Part shown: in pieces, positions 31,579-41,622 of the stretch
How positions within the stretch are numbered: position 1 is the stretch's first letter
How the letters are laid out: the number at the start of each line of letters is the position of its first letter
From: an uncultured virus (IMG/VR IMGVR_UViG_3300027743_000022)
Taxonomy: Duplodnaviria; Heunggongvirae; Uroviricota; Caudoviricetes
Direction: 5' to 3' (one strand)
DNA: 64,000 nucleotides
Virus record (IMG/VR): IMGVR_UViG_3300027743_000022
Program-made: the position numbers and the translations under genes
The notes under the pieces: model-generated
Databases searched by the model: none
Seen by the model: the letters and a program-made list of their open reading frames with translations, nothing else
What the model was told of the DNA's origin: nothing

Positions 31579-32228
31579 GGCATATTATTTATATTTTTAT
31601 GAGTTATTGAAATCATTTTCTTAAACTCATCCATACTTAAATTACTTTTAGCTGTGTTTGCCCAAGAGCAAACCAACTGAATATTATCTTTAATATATCC
31701 TAAATTAGGATTTATTCTATCTACTGAAACATTAGAAAAATAATAAACACCTTTTCCTTTTACTGTAGTCATCTCAATCCCAGAGATAATACATCTATGG
31801 TTTTGTTTTTCCCATAAGAATAATAAGTAATCTAGGTCTATATCAAATCCTTTTTGAGTTCTTTTATTATCTCTTCTAATATTTCTTAGTATTCCTTTAA
31901 AAGTCTTTACAGGAGTAGAATTTACATCCTGTACATACTTCTTTTCACAAACTTTGCACTTTGACTGAAAAACTAAACCATTTCTTTTACCTATGAAAGA
32001 AGTAAAAAATTCTGCTGTTTTTGGATATTCTATTTTACACACTGTACAGATTCTCATAGAATCTCCTGCTTTATTTAAATTTTGTCTACACAAAGTTAAA
32101 GAATGTGCTTTGCATATAACAGAACTTTTAGTTCTATTCAATTTAAGTGCTAATTCTTTATTATCTAATATAGTATAATTTTCTTGTAAATATACTATAT
32201 CTTCCTCTTTCCATCTTATATTATTCAT
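31575..32228 (-). CDS. HNH-type homing endonuclease with N-terminal HTH and Zn ribbon
   Basis: RWKEED..LQENY..ELALKLNRT (HTH), CxxC pairs, WEKQNHRC..SG, SVDRINPNLGY..NIQLVC..AN. Confidence 0.8.
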   Translation of the reverse strand: MNNIRWKEEDIVYLQENYTILDNKELALKLNRTKSSVICKAHSLTLCRQNLNKAGDSMRICTVCKIEYPKTAEFFTSFIGKRNGLVFQSKCKVCEKKYVQDVNSTPVKTFKGILRNIRRDNKRTQKGFDIDLDYLLFLWEKQNHRCIISGIEMTTVKGKGVYYFSNVSVDRINPNLGYIKDNIQLVCSWANTAKSNLSMDEFKKMISITHKNINNMP

Positions 32229-33795
32229 AATTATCTAACCATTTATTTAGTGGATATTCAGTAACAGATTTTCCTTTAAACTTATAATTTTTATTAGGTT
32301 CCATATATTGTGTATCTCCTGTATTAGAGATACCAATTAATGGCTCAAAAACTCCTTCCATTGTAATATTATTAGAAGGTATTCTTGTTACCATTCCAGG
32401 ATATTTCCATTGACCCATCTCATCAGTGATTATTCCTCCACCTTTTAAGTTATCTCTAACTGTCTTATAGGTTTCTTTTAATACTGGTTTTTGAAGTTTA
32501 GGTTTTCCTGCTTGTGCAAATTTTGAATATCTCTCAGGTGTATTTTGTTCATAGTCTATAAGTTCAGAACCTATCTGAGCCCAAACATTAGGAATAAGTC
32601 CAAGAACATCTGCAGGTTTTACTGGCTTACTATTTTGTGCAGAATCTAAAAGACCAAATGCTGCTCCTATACCAATAGGTAGTCTATTTAAAGCTCCTTT
32701 TTTACCAATGTACTTTGCAGCTTCTTGTAGTGCATCTAATCCATATTGAATATTATTTACAACATTATCCCCAGGATTAGAACTACCATTCTGAGATTTA
32801 GGATATTGATCAAACCATCCACCATTTTGATAATTAAATCCTCCTGGATAATGAGGAGTTACTGTTTGAGTATTTCCTGGACCCATTTCTCTAAGATCAT
32901 TAGGATTATCAACTCTATAGTTTGATTGTCCTCCTCCATAAGCATTTATATTCTCTTGAACATCATAATAATCAGGAGCAGGTTTTGCCATTGGTCTGAG
33001 ATTCATTTCAGTAGGAGTTATACCTTGAGAGGTTTGTATTCCTCTAGGAGTTATAGTAGATATAGATTGTTCTTTTTTTCTTTTTGCAACTGGTTGAGGT
33101 ACAAATTCTACAGATCTATCTCCTGTACTACTTACAACCTCTTTTGTCATCATTCCTTTAGGAATATAACTCTGATAGTATTTTGTACCATCATGTTGTA
33201 AAGTATATCCTGAATTAGTAGAATTAGCTACTTTCTTTACTTCTGATTTCTTAGTAGGTTTACCAACAACAACTTCTTGTCTTGGTTTTACATTAGAATA
33301 ATCAGCAACACTTCTAGCATCATGTGGTCTTCCAGGAATTGGATCTTCTGAAAAGAAATAAGAAGGAGCTCTATAAGATTTCATTCCTTTAGGTTTTATA
33401 GTTTCACTAAATAACTGTCTAGGAAGCGTTCTATTTATTTGTCCTGGAATAAAATCTATAATAGATGATAAAGAGTTTACCTCTTTTCTTATCTCTGGAT
33501 CATTATTTTTAATTTTTTTATTTCTTGCTTTTGCATTAGATAATGCTGTTTCAAAACTACCACCTGGTTTACTTGTGTATTCTTGTTTATTTAGAGCTTT
33601 AGTTACATCTTGATAGTTTTTATATAAAGATAAACTATCCTGATATGCTTTATATCTAGGATCATCTTTTGAAGCTACTGTTAATTTTTTACCTGATTGT
33701 GCAGGACCACCCCAAGCTCCATTATAATTAAAACCCTCATTAGTCAATCCTTCAAATTGACCTCCATTTTCTAATTTGTCTAACCACTTTTCCAT
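32221..33795 (-). CDS. Putative internal virion protein, 524 aa
   Basis: Repeated WLD/WFD and xNGG motifs; C-terminal GQWKYPG..IPSNNITM..VTEYP segment; located in the cargo cluster. Confidence 0.55.
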   Translation of the reverse strand: MEKWLDKLENGGQFEGLTNEGFNYNGAWGGPAQSGKKLTVASKDDPRYKAYQDSLSLYKNYQDVTKALNKQEYTSKPGGSFETALSNAKARNKKIKNNDPEIRKEVNSLSSIIDFIPGQINRTLPRQLFSETIKPKGMKSYRAPSYFFSEDPIPGRPHDARSVADYSNVKPRQEVVVGKPTKKSEVKKVANSTNSGYTLQHDGTKYYQSYIPKGMMTKEVVSSTGDRSVEFVPQPVAKRKKEQSISTITPRGIQTSQGITPTEMNLRPMAKPAPDYYDVQENINAYGGGQSNYRVDNPNDLREMGPGNTQTVTPHYPGGFNYQNGGWFDQYPKSQNGSSNPGDNVVNNIQYGLDALQEAAKYIGKKGALNRLPIGIGAAFGLLDSAQNSKPVKPADVLGLIPNVWAQIGSELIDYEQNTPERYSKFAQAGKPKLQKPVLKETYKTVRDNLKGGGIITDEMGQWKYPGMVTRIPSNNITMEGVFEPLIGISNTGDTQYMEPNKNYKFKGKSVTEYPLNKWLDNYE

Positions 33796-34661
33796 TACTT
33801 ATAAGAATTTTGTGTTGGTGCAATTATGAATTGTGATACCAAATGCGTTGTTGCACTGTTATCTAATATATGTCTTATCTTCAAATCCTTAGCTCTAAGA
33901 CAACCTTTTTTAAAGCTTCTAAGGGCATAATCCATGTTGTCTTGATTTAGTACCTTATCAATAGATAATGATTCACAGGAAGCCTTGAATAGAGGCACCA
34001 GAGGGTTCTTAACTACATTCCAGAAAGTATTATACTGATAGAAACCATCACTCTTAGCATATAAGATTGTTTTACTAAACTCATTAAATTTTGGATATGC
34101 TGAGTAAGCTCTAAGATTATGCATAGGCTTAGGTATTAACTCAAGCATACCTGAGGATTGTTGGTCATTATAGAGTATAGCCTTGTTGAACCATTTATCA
34201 TCTGGTTGTACTTTCAGGGTAGTATCAAACAATCCATCTTTACTCTTGATGTATTCATAAACCTTAGTATAGTCCATAACATTTTGTAATATCTCATCCT
34301 GAAAGTTATATGAGAATGGATATTCAATTATGTATGGTTCTATTTTACCATAGAAATAATTATAATGTACTGTATCAGTAAGGTGTCTCCATAGACAAGC
34401 TTTGTATGTTTGTACATATTTAGTTAATCTGTACTCGTCCTCTGTTATAGGAGCTAAGCTCTGTGTCTTTCTAAACTTACAATCTCCTATAGACTCAATA
34501 GTAACCATAGTCACACTATCATCAACAGTGTAACTTATCCCTTTAATAAGAGTTTCAAGACTTACATTCTCGTCTATAAGGTTTTCATTACCATCATAGA
34601 TGTTGAATGGTCCAGTATTCTGACCAGCACTAATTAGCTTTATGGTTATTACTTTTGACAT
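33795..34661 (-). CDS. Muzzle/tail stabilisation protein, C-terminal fragment, with an added N-terminal ~70-aa module
   Basis: LWRH..YNYFYG..PYIIEY, FNKAILYNDQQSSG resemble the C-terminal part of crAss stabilisation proteins; start moved to MSKVITIK (34661). Confidence 0.65.
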   Translation of the reverse strand: MSKVITIKLISAGQNTGPFNIYDGNENLIDENVSLETLIKGISYTVDDSVTMVTIESIGDCKFRKTQSLAPITEDEYRLTKYVQTYKACLWRHLTDTVHYNYFYGKIEPYIIEYPFSYNFQDEILQNVMDYTKVYEYIKSKDGLFDTTLKVQPDDKWFNKAILYNDQQSSGMLELIPKPMHNLRAYSAYPKFNEFSKTILYAKSDGFYQYNTFWNVVKNPLVPLFKASCESLSIDKVLNQDNMDYALRSFKKGCLRAKDLKIRHILDNSATTHLVSQFIIAPTQNSYK

Positions 34662-34666
34662 TTTAA

Positions 34667-35728
34667 TTATAATAAACGGATTTCTATAATATCTCCTGCA
34701 GTCCATGATATATTATAAGCAAAGAATTGTCCAGTTCCAATAGGAATACCACCAGCATTACCTACAACTATATTATTTCTTATAAACATTATCTGAGGAA
34801 TCTTAGATAAACAATCATACCCTATTGTTACTGTAACCCCACCACTATTAACTATACCTGTTTTTTGTTCTCCTGCTAAAATAGGGAAAGTATTACCAGG
34901 ATTCATAGTATAGAAGTTTGGTATAACACTGGTTATTTTCATATCTGGTGTACCTGTAACTCTAATTTTAAATGTTTGTACAGCAGGAGCTATTGTAGTT
35001 GTAGATGTAGTTGTAGTAGGATTACAGTTCTCAATTGAAACTATAACACCATTAGTTATTTGAAACACATCTCCACTATAAAAACTAAACTCAGTGAAAT
35101 ACCATCCATCTGCTAAAACAGTACAATCTGTATTTCCTATACCCACATAAACTTTAGCTCCTTTTTGAATAGAAACCAACTCAACTCCAACAGTTTCCAC
35201 TGCCCAATCAGAATTATTATTGATATAAGTAATTGCATTACATGCAGCTGTTTTAGAAGCTGTACTTGAAATATAAGTATTAATAGGTCCTACTATTACA
35301 TAACCTCTTACAAAATTATCACTAGTCATTCTTAAAGGTCTTAAACAAGGTGGTGGAACAGGAGGTACAGTAATTACACCTGTACCAGCTAAATCACAAG
35401 TAGTCACATTAACTACACCAGTAAGTACACAGTCTAATGGTATAGCAGTAGTAGTTGAAGTAGTTGTTAATGGACGTAATGATGAGGTTGTAGTTGTTGT
35501 AGAAGGATTAGGTACTAACTCTCCTGCAAAAAAAGCAAACTCAATATCAGGATCACAACAAGATTTTATACCTGAATAGAAAAAGTTATTCTCTCCAACA
35601 TAGAAATTAGGTAAATAGCTATGAAAAGATATCCAGCTATTAGTTATAAAACTATAGGATAGTGTCCAAGATCTATTACAGAAATACTTTGGATCATTAA
35701 GAGATACTATTTTTCTTATTGTAGCCAT
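34667..35728 (-). CDS. Muzzle/tail stabilisation protein, middle fragment, with Thr-rich linkers and appended beta domains
   Basis: Begins with SWTLSYS..WISFHSYLP, a muzzle propeller-blade-like motif; coupled to the upstream ORF by TAATG. Confidence 0.65.
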   Translation of the reverse strand: MATIRKIVSLNDPKYFCNRSWTLSYSFITNSWISFHSYLPNFYVGENNFFYSGIKSCCDPDIEFAFFAGELVPNPSTTTTTSSLRPLTTTSTTTAIPLDCVLTGVVNVTTCDLAGTGVITVPPVPPPCLRPLRMTSDNFVRGYVIVGPINTYISSTASKTAACNAITYINNNSDWAVETVGVELVSIQKGAKVYVGIGNTDCTVLADGWYFTEFSFYSGDVFQITNGVIVSIENCNPTTTTSTTTIAPAVQTFKIRVTGTPDMKITSVIPNFYTMNPGNTFPILAGEQKTGIVNSGGVTVTIGYDCLSKIPQIMFIRNNIVVGNAGGIPIGTGQFFAYNISWTAGDIIEIRLL

Positions 35729-38700
35729 TATATTGTTGTGGTTGTAGTAGTGGTAGGTGCAATACTAGTACTAGTTGTAGTAGTAGTAGGTATTTCTTCC
35801 TCTATGTAAAATTCTTTTGTCACTGGATCATACTTAATATCTTCTCTTAAAGGAACATAATCAAGTTTAGTAATAATCATTCTGTCATATTTACTATCAT
35901 ATACTCCATGTAATCCTAAATCCTTAAAGTTGTTATCAATATTGACTCCAGGTATTACTGTCTTCTCATGAGTAATAGGGTCTATATTTTCTTTAGGTGG
36001 AAAATATCTAAGTATATCAAAAGGTAAATGGTCTGTAAAGAATCTATTTAATCCTCCTCCAGGACCAGATAAATCTTTAGCTTGATTACCACTTAATAAG
36101 AATACTTGTCCTCTCTTAGCATCAATGCTTATTTGTCCATATGGTATCTTCAATAGAAATTTATGTTGACTACCTACATAACCCAAATCTGTTTCTGCAA
36201 AGTCTAAAGGAGGTGTAGTATCAGAAAATAATCCTTGTCCTAAGTAAACCTGACCTCTAGTGTTTGTTTGAGTAGTATATAAAGCATTATACAATAAAGA
36301 CTTATTCTCAAATCTAGCTAATAACTGTCTATTCTCAATACCATCTATACTAACCAGAGTACCATGGTTTTGAGGAAAATCAAAGTAGTTAGATGCTCTA
36401 TATGTCAACCAGTTATTTACTCTATTATCAGCATTAGCTGTAGTCATGTCAGAGTATGTAGCTCTGAATGGATACTCAGTATAACATCTCTTACTTTTCC
36501 AATCAGGAGGTAGGTGTGTAAATAAGTTTTCTCTATTCTGTTTTGAATAGGTTACATTATAGTTATAAGTATTATCATTTAGAATAGAAACATTTTTCTC
36601 TTGTACCCATTCATCAGGAATACCTGTACTAACGTGTGGCCAGAACTCACCTTCTTTATCATTGAAAGCTTGTCTCAAGTCTACATTATAACTAGTTTCA
36701 ACATAGAAGTTTGGAACTCCATATGCAAACAAATAGAAGTAACCATCATAGTAGGTTCTATTAGGATTATTCTCTGCAGGTACTGGAGGATTACTATCTG
36801 GTCCAGGGAGCTGACTATTAGGACAATCAAAGTTATGAGCCTTATAAGATATGATGTTTGACAACACGCCTAGATTAGCATCGCTTGTTGTGAAGTCTTT
36901 GGTAATTGATCTGGCAGAATGCCAATACCTAGGATAAGCTATATTACCAATTTCATCATAGAATATATCACTCTCATCAGGGGCTCCTACTCTATTATCA
37001 ATAAAGAAAGGTACTTTAGTCTTAAATGCAAATCTGGTTATAAATGTATCTCCTCCAAATACAGTATGGTAAGGACCTTCATCTATAGCAAAGTTTCTTT
37101 GAAATCCTGTATCAATTGCTTCATAAGAGTATATTTGTCCCCATTGTCCTCTAAAAATATTCTTCATAGAAGCATAGTAGCTTACTACTCTTATAGGTTG
37201 TTTCTTTGCAGGTGTAGCACATAGTCCTGAATCTCCAATAGTAAACCTTGATACTTCTTCAATCCCTATGTTATTCTTCATTATAGAACTATTACTAGGG
37301 AAAGGAAGAGCTGGAACATCTAAGTCTGTTCTCAAATAAACAGATGTTTCTCTTTCATAGTTATTAATATCAACATCCTGTTCACCTACATTCTGTATAA
37401 CAGGAATAAGATACTTCTTCAAGTCAATTCTTCTTTGTTTTATTCCCTGATTGTTAGGAACAGGCTCTGTATAGTCATAGCTTGCTATAGAATTAAAGGA
37501 CATAGCAAAGTTTCTCTTAGTAATACCATTGATAAATATAGTAAGATAAGCCTGGTATATGGTAAACATAGCAGCTCCATTGTTTGGATTAGTTATGTTA
37601 CCAACTTTCTGTGCACTATTTAAAGCATCTCTTTGAGCTTCCTCAGTTAATAATCTATATTTAGCATTCTCTTTTACTTCAACAAAGTGAGCATCTCCTC
37701 TACCATATATAACTGATTCCAGTTTAAGTACATCACCTAAGAATGGTTGCCCAAAGGATGTTTCAGGAGAATTGAATATTAGTCTATGACGTAATTCATC
37801 TTTTACAGCTGGTAATGGAACATCTTTAGAACAGGCATCAGTAGCATCTTTACTAACATCTAACTCAGGTCTACGAACAATTTCTCTATGACAATAATTA
37901 CCAGGTCCACTACAAAGAGCAGAACAATATGGTTTTGTTCCTTGTACTACATGTAAAAGTGTTTTTGCACCATTACTCCAGCCAGAACCAGGTATATTTG
38001 CTGTTTTTATTCCATATATATGATCATCATATGTTACTGTCCAACCTGCACAGTCATCTAAAAAACCACCTCCTGTATATACCTCATAAACATCATAAGC
38101 AGTATAACCTATAACAGCTGTAGTTACTCCATCAACTGAAGTAGCATTAACAACTACAGGTTTTTTCATTGAACATATATTTTCTTTAAGTCCAGCACTA
38201 TCATACTTTTTATAAGCTTCTTTGTTTGTATTACAATCTATATATCTGATTTGGGTATAAGCTGCTTCTCCATTCATAGCTGGTACATTCAACTTATTTA
38301 TAGTTACTGTAAATGATTGACATTGTTTACTGTAAGCATTGTTGGTGATATTTAGAAAAGGATCTTTATTTAAATCATTATAAGGATAGTTGGGATAGTA
38401 AAAGGTTTGTTCTTCTCTTGTATAAGAGTTCACATTACGAAGGATCCCTTTGGCTATAACTGATTTGTTTGTTCCTCTGTTACCTCTTACTATTTTAAAC
38501 CCCACTATATCATCTTTCTGTGCTCGTGTAAGATTAGAAGATTCAATTAAAAATTTTATTTGCTCTAAGTTAATCTTAAATCCTATAGGAAAAATAGCTG
38601 TGTTACCACTGGTCATTGTAGTTATACCACCAAATACTCTACCTTCAAATATAGGACTTACAAGTACATCTGGAAACTTATGGTGTCTAATCTTCTGTCC

Positions 38701-40188
38701 TGCTAATTCTCCCCACAATTCTTCATCACAAGGATATTCAACATCTGATTCCCAATAAGCAAACTCTCCATATTCATATGGACCTTTATAATCTTCTTCT
38801 GCAGAGTAACCAGGAGACTTACCTATATTAGTAGCTGTATTATATATCTTCCAATATGGAACTGGACCAGCATCTTCATCCTCTATATAATCAGGATTAG
38901 ATGGATATATAAGTGGTAATGTCTTTTCAACATCTGAAATCTTCCTCCCTGGAATATGAAACCCATCACCTTGTCTTCCACTTCTAAAAACAGGTACAAA
39001 TTCAAGTGGATATATCTCATCTCTCATATACCCTCTGAGATGAGTAGCATTAAACTCATTAGCATAGTTTTCATCAGGTGGTATTCTCCATGTCTCCCAT
39101 TGTAAAGTTATTTTAGAAGCTATAGACTGATAACTTAATCTCTCTTGAGAAGTAAGTCCTTTCCAAACAAGGACACCAGCTACTGAAGTAATATCATCAG
39201 CAACATCATAGATAGGGAACTTCTCAAAAATATCATTAATAGTTAATCTTATATTGTCTACTTTCTGTCCAGAATAAGTTATTTCTTTACTAGGTCCATC
39301 AATCTGATAAGTACCAACAAGTTCTACAGAGGTAATATCATTAACTGTTTTAATTACAGCTAGGTTGAAATATCTGAATTTACCAGACATTTCAATATTT
39401 CTAATGGAAACAACTACAGATTTACCTACAGGATAATTAAAATTAACTGTTACTAAATTAGGATCTGCTACAGGAGTAGGGTTTGTAACTGAAAAATATG
39501 ATGTATATGGATTACCTAAAGCATCACTATACTGTAAAGCAAACTGTAAAGTACCTGCAGTAAGACTTCCTCCACTAATAACATCAGTAACTTTAACCTG
39601 AGGTATTGCTAAATCTGGTTGTATATTAAGTTGATTACAATCCACATCTGTAGTATATTCAGGACTACATAAGTCACTATTAGGTTTAAGCTTATAAGGA
39701 ATGTTATCTATATCTAGATATCTTCTTGCATTATTATCAGGCCAATATATCTCTGTACTACAGTTAGTAGTTCTATGTTCTATCTTAGGAATAGGTCTAT
39801 TAACATCAAAATTGAGACAAACATCATTAATAAGAGTCTTATATTGACAATCATTATTATCCATATAACCTATCTCACTTCCCCCTATAATAGGATTAGC
39901 TAACATAAAGATAAGTTTATATCTCTCCTGTATAAAGTGTCTCCCTATAACTACATAATTCTTTGGAAATACAAGACAAAATTCATTACCAGGTTCATTC
40001 TGGTAGTTTATACTATTGGCATCATAATTTTCAAGAGCTGCATTTAAGGCAAAAGTAAGAGTACCAGGTGAAACTTGATTAGGAGTTTGATCCATATTAA
40101 GTCCCTGCATAGCCTTATTAGCCTCCATATTAATATCAGATTTATCTCCTCCAAGGATTTTTCTGATTTTATCTAATTCATCTGCCAT
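35728..40188 (-). CDS. Muzzle/tail stabilisation protein (P22 gp10-like), main N-terminal part, 1486 aa
   Basis: GLNMDQ..YQNEPGN start, GYMRDEIY, IRHHKFP, GGDTFITRF, YVGSQH, IDAKRGQVF, GVYDSKYDRMIITK; follows the tail tubular gene. Confidence 0.8.
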   Translation of the reverse strand: MADELDKIRKILGGDKSDINMEANKAMQGLNMDQTPNQVSPGTLTFALNAALENYDANSINYQNEPGNEFCLVFPKNYVVIGRHFIQERYKLIFMLANPIIGGSEIGYMDNNDCQYKTLINDVCLNFDVNRPIPKIEHRTTNCSTEIYWPDNNARRYLDIDNIPYKLKPNSDLCSPEYTTDVDCNQLNIQPDLAIPQVKVTDVISGGSLTAGTLQFALQYSDALGNPYTSYFSVTNPTPVADPNLVTVNFNYPVGKSVVVSIRNIEMSGKFRYFNLAVIKTVNDITSVELVGTYQIDGPSKEITYSGQKVDNIRLTINDIFEKFPIYDVADDITSVAGVLVWKGLTSQERLSYQSIASKITLQWETWRIPPDENYANEFNATHLRGYMRDEIYPLEFVPVFRSGRQGDGFHIPGRKISDVEKTLPLIYPSNPDYIEDEDAGPVPYWKIYNTATNIGKSPGYSAEEDYKGPYEYGEFAYWESDVEYPCDEELWGELAGQKIRHHKFPDVLVSPIFEGRVFGGITTMTSGNTAIFPIGFKINLEQIKFLIESSNLTRAQKDDIVGFKIVRGNRGTNKSVIAKGILRNVNSYTREEQTFYYPNYPYNDLNKDPFLNITNNAYSKQCQSFTVTINKLNVPAMNGEAAYTQIRYIDCNTNKEAYKKYDSAGLKENICSMKKPVVVNATSVDGVTTAVIGYTAYDVYEVYTGGGFLDDCAGWTVTYDDHIYGIKTANIPGSGWSNGAKTLLHVVQGTKPYCSALCSGPGNYCHREIVRRPELDVSKDATDACSKDVPLPAVKDELRHRLIFNSPETSFGQPFLGDVLKLESVIYGRGDAHFVEVKENAKYRLLTEEAQRDALNSAQKVGNITNPNNGAAMFTIYQAYLTIFINGITKRNFAMSFNSIASYDYTEPVPNNQGIKQRRIDLKKYLIPVIQNVGEQDVDINNYERETSVYLRTDLDVPALPFPSNSSIMKNNIGIEEVSRFTIGDSGLCATPAKKQPIRVVSYYASMKNIFRGQWGQIYSYEAIDTGFQRNFAIDEGPYHTVFGGDTFITRFAFKTKVPFFIDNRVGAPDESDIFYDEIGNIAYPRYWHSARSITKDFTTSDANLGVLSNIISYKAHNFDCPNSQLPGPDSNPPVPAENNPNRTYYDGYFYLFAYGVPNFYVETSYNVDLRQAFNDKEGEFWPHVSTGIPDEWVQEKNVSILNDNTYNYNVTYSKQNRENLFTHLPPDWKSKRCYTEYPFRATYSDMTTANADNRVNNWLTYRASNYFDFPQNHGTLVSIDGIENRQLLARFENKSLLYNALYTTQTNTRGQVYLGQGLFSDTTPPLDFAETDLGYVGSQHKFLLKIPYGQISIDAKRGQVFLLSGNQAKDLSGPGGGLNRFFTDHLPFDILRYFPPKENIDPITHEKTVIPGVNIDNNFKDLGLHGVYDSKYDRMIITKLDYVPLREDIKYDPVTKEFYIEEEIPTTTTTSTSIAPTTTTTTTI

Positions 40189-40208
40189 AACTATTAACTA
40201 TTTCTAGA

Positions 40209-41135
40209 TTAACCATTAAAATTTCTACCACCACCTCTTCTATTTCTGATCTCATACATATTCAATCTATTTTTATCCTTAATAATACGTCTTTGCTTAG
40301 CATAAACATCTTGTTTCTTAATTTCTATATCTGCCATTATATAAGCTTCATCACAAAGCTGTTTATAATAAACTAGTTTTTGTTGTAGCTGAGGGAAAGT
40401 CTCATCATTAACTTGATTAGTTAGAGTCTCAAATACTTTATACTTAATAAAAGCTTCTACAAACTCTCTAATACGGTAGTTATCTGGTACCATCTGACTG
40501 CCTACTTCATCATATTCAGTAGCATACATAAGTAACATTACAACACCCTGTCTAAAGGTTACAATAAACTTATTATCCCTAATGTCAAAGCTATCTAAAG
40601 CAGAAGCATTTGCATTCATACATTCCAGAGAGCACTGTTGTGAGGCGGATATATTCCCAGGTTTAAGAAGATATTCTTTCTTTAAACTACGTGCTACAGC
40701 ATTATTTGTTTTATATACAACCTGAACTAAATTAGGCATACAATGTCCATTACAATCAACATTCTGACAATCATTACCACATCCTCCAACTTGATCAGTT
40801 GTAGTAGGTCCTACTTGTATAGTAGTAGCTGAAGCTGTTTGTGAATAGAAAGAGTTAGCATTTTGATATGGGCTTAAAGGTATATCAGTACATAACCAAG
40901 CTTCTCTGACAGCATGAAAGTTATCAGGAAGTCTAGCTTCAAAATTACAAACATCCAGAATAACAGGTACGATTGTATATGTAGTTCTTCCAAGCTTCTT
41001 AAGACATTTGTCTAAGTAGGTAGGAAATAGTAAATCATCTACTGCACCAGTATCGAAATAGCTCTTAAGCTCTTCCTTTATGATTGCAAAGATGGGTTCT
41101 GGACTAGCGAAATTATATTTATAGTAATAAGACAT
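40209..41135 (-). CDS. Tail tubular/ring protein (P22 gp4-like)
   Basis: Synteny (IHF - ring - muzzle); motifs ARLPDNF and MVPDN..EFVEAFIKYK. Confidence 0.7.
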   Translation of the reverse strand: MSYYYKYNFASPEPIFAIIKEELKSYFDTGAVDDLLFPTYLDKCLKKLGRTTYTIVPVILDVCNFEARLPDNFHAVREAWLCTDIPLSPYQNANSFYSQTASATTIQVGPTTTDQVGGCGNDCQNVDCNGHCMPNLVQVVYKTNNAVARSLKKEYLLKPGNISASQQCSLECMNANASALDSFDIRDNKFIVTFRQGVVMLLMYATEYDEVGSQMVPDNYRIREFVEAFIKYKVFETLTNQVNDETFPQLQQKLVYYKQLCDEAYIMADIEIKKQDVYAKQRRIIKDKNRLNMYEIRNRRGGGRNFNG

Positions 41136-41141
41136 GATTTA

Positions 41142-41621
41142 TTATAGTTGCCATTGTTTATAAATGTGTTGATACTTATCATCACTGTTCACATATGTTG
41201 TTATTAATCTAGAAGTAAGTCTATAAGGCTTAAAGTGCCATAGAGTAGAATGTTTGAATGTGGCTGCATCTCTAAACCATTGCCAACCAAAGTAAAATCC
41301 TTCTGTATGGTAATTAAAATTATAAATAATTTTTCCTTTCTCTTTAGTCTTCTTCCAGTCTATAGGAAGATTAATTCTCTCTTCCCCATTATGTGTTATT
41401 ATTTTCTTTCTTTTCTTTTTACCTACAGCAAATTCTCCAAATCCATATGGAAACTTAGCTTTATCCCCAGTCTCAAGTAGATGTATCTTATACATCTCAT
41501 TATAAGTGTATATGATTTTCTTCCACTCATTGTAAGTAAGTTCTATACTAGGATGTTTTTTCTTAAACAACTCATAGTTACTCTTACTTGCACTTCTCCA
41601 CTCCACTTTTACCCTTGTCAT
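41142..41621 (-). CDS. IHF/HU-like DNA-binding protein
   Basis: KFPYGFGEFAV, IDWKKTKEKGK..YNFNYHTEG..W; basic; typical crAss position; start moved to MTRVK (41621). Confidence 0.7.
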   Translation of the reverse strand: MTRVKVEWRSASKSNYELFKKKHPSIELTYNEWKKIIYTYNEMYKIHLLETGDKAKFPYGFGEFAVGKKKRKKIITHNGEERINLPIDWKKTKEKGKIIYNFNYHTEGFYFGWQWFRDAATFKHSTLWHFKPYRLTSRLITTYVNSDDKYQHIYKQWQL

Positions 41622-41622
41622 A

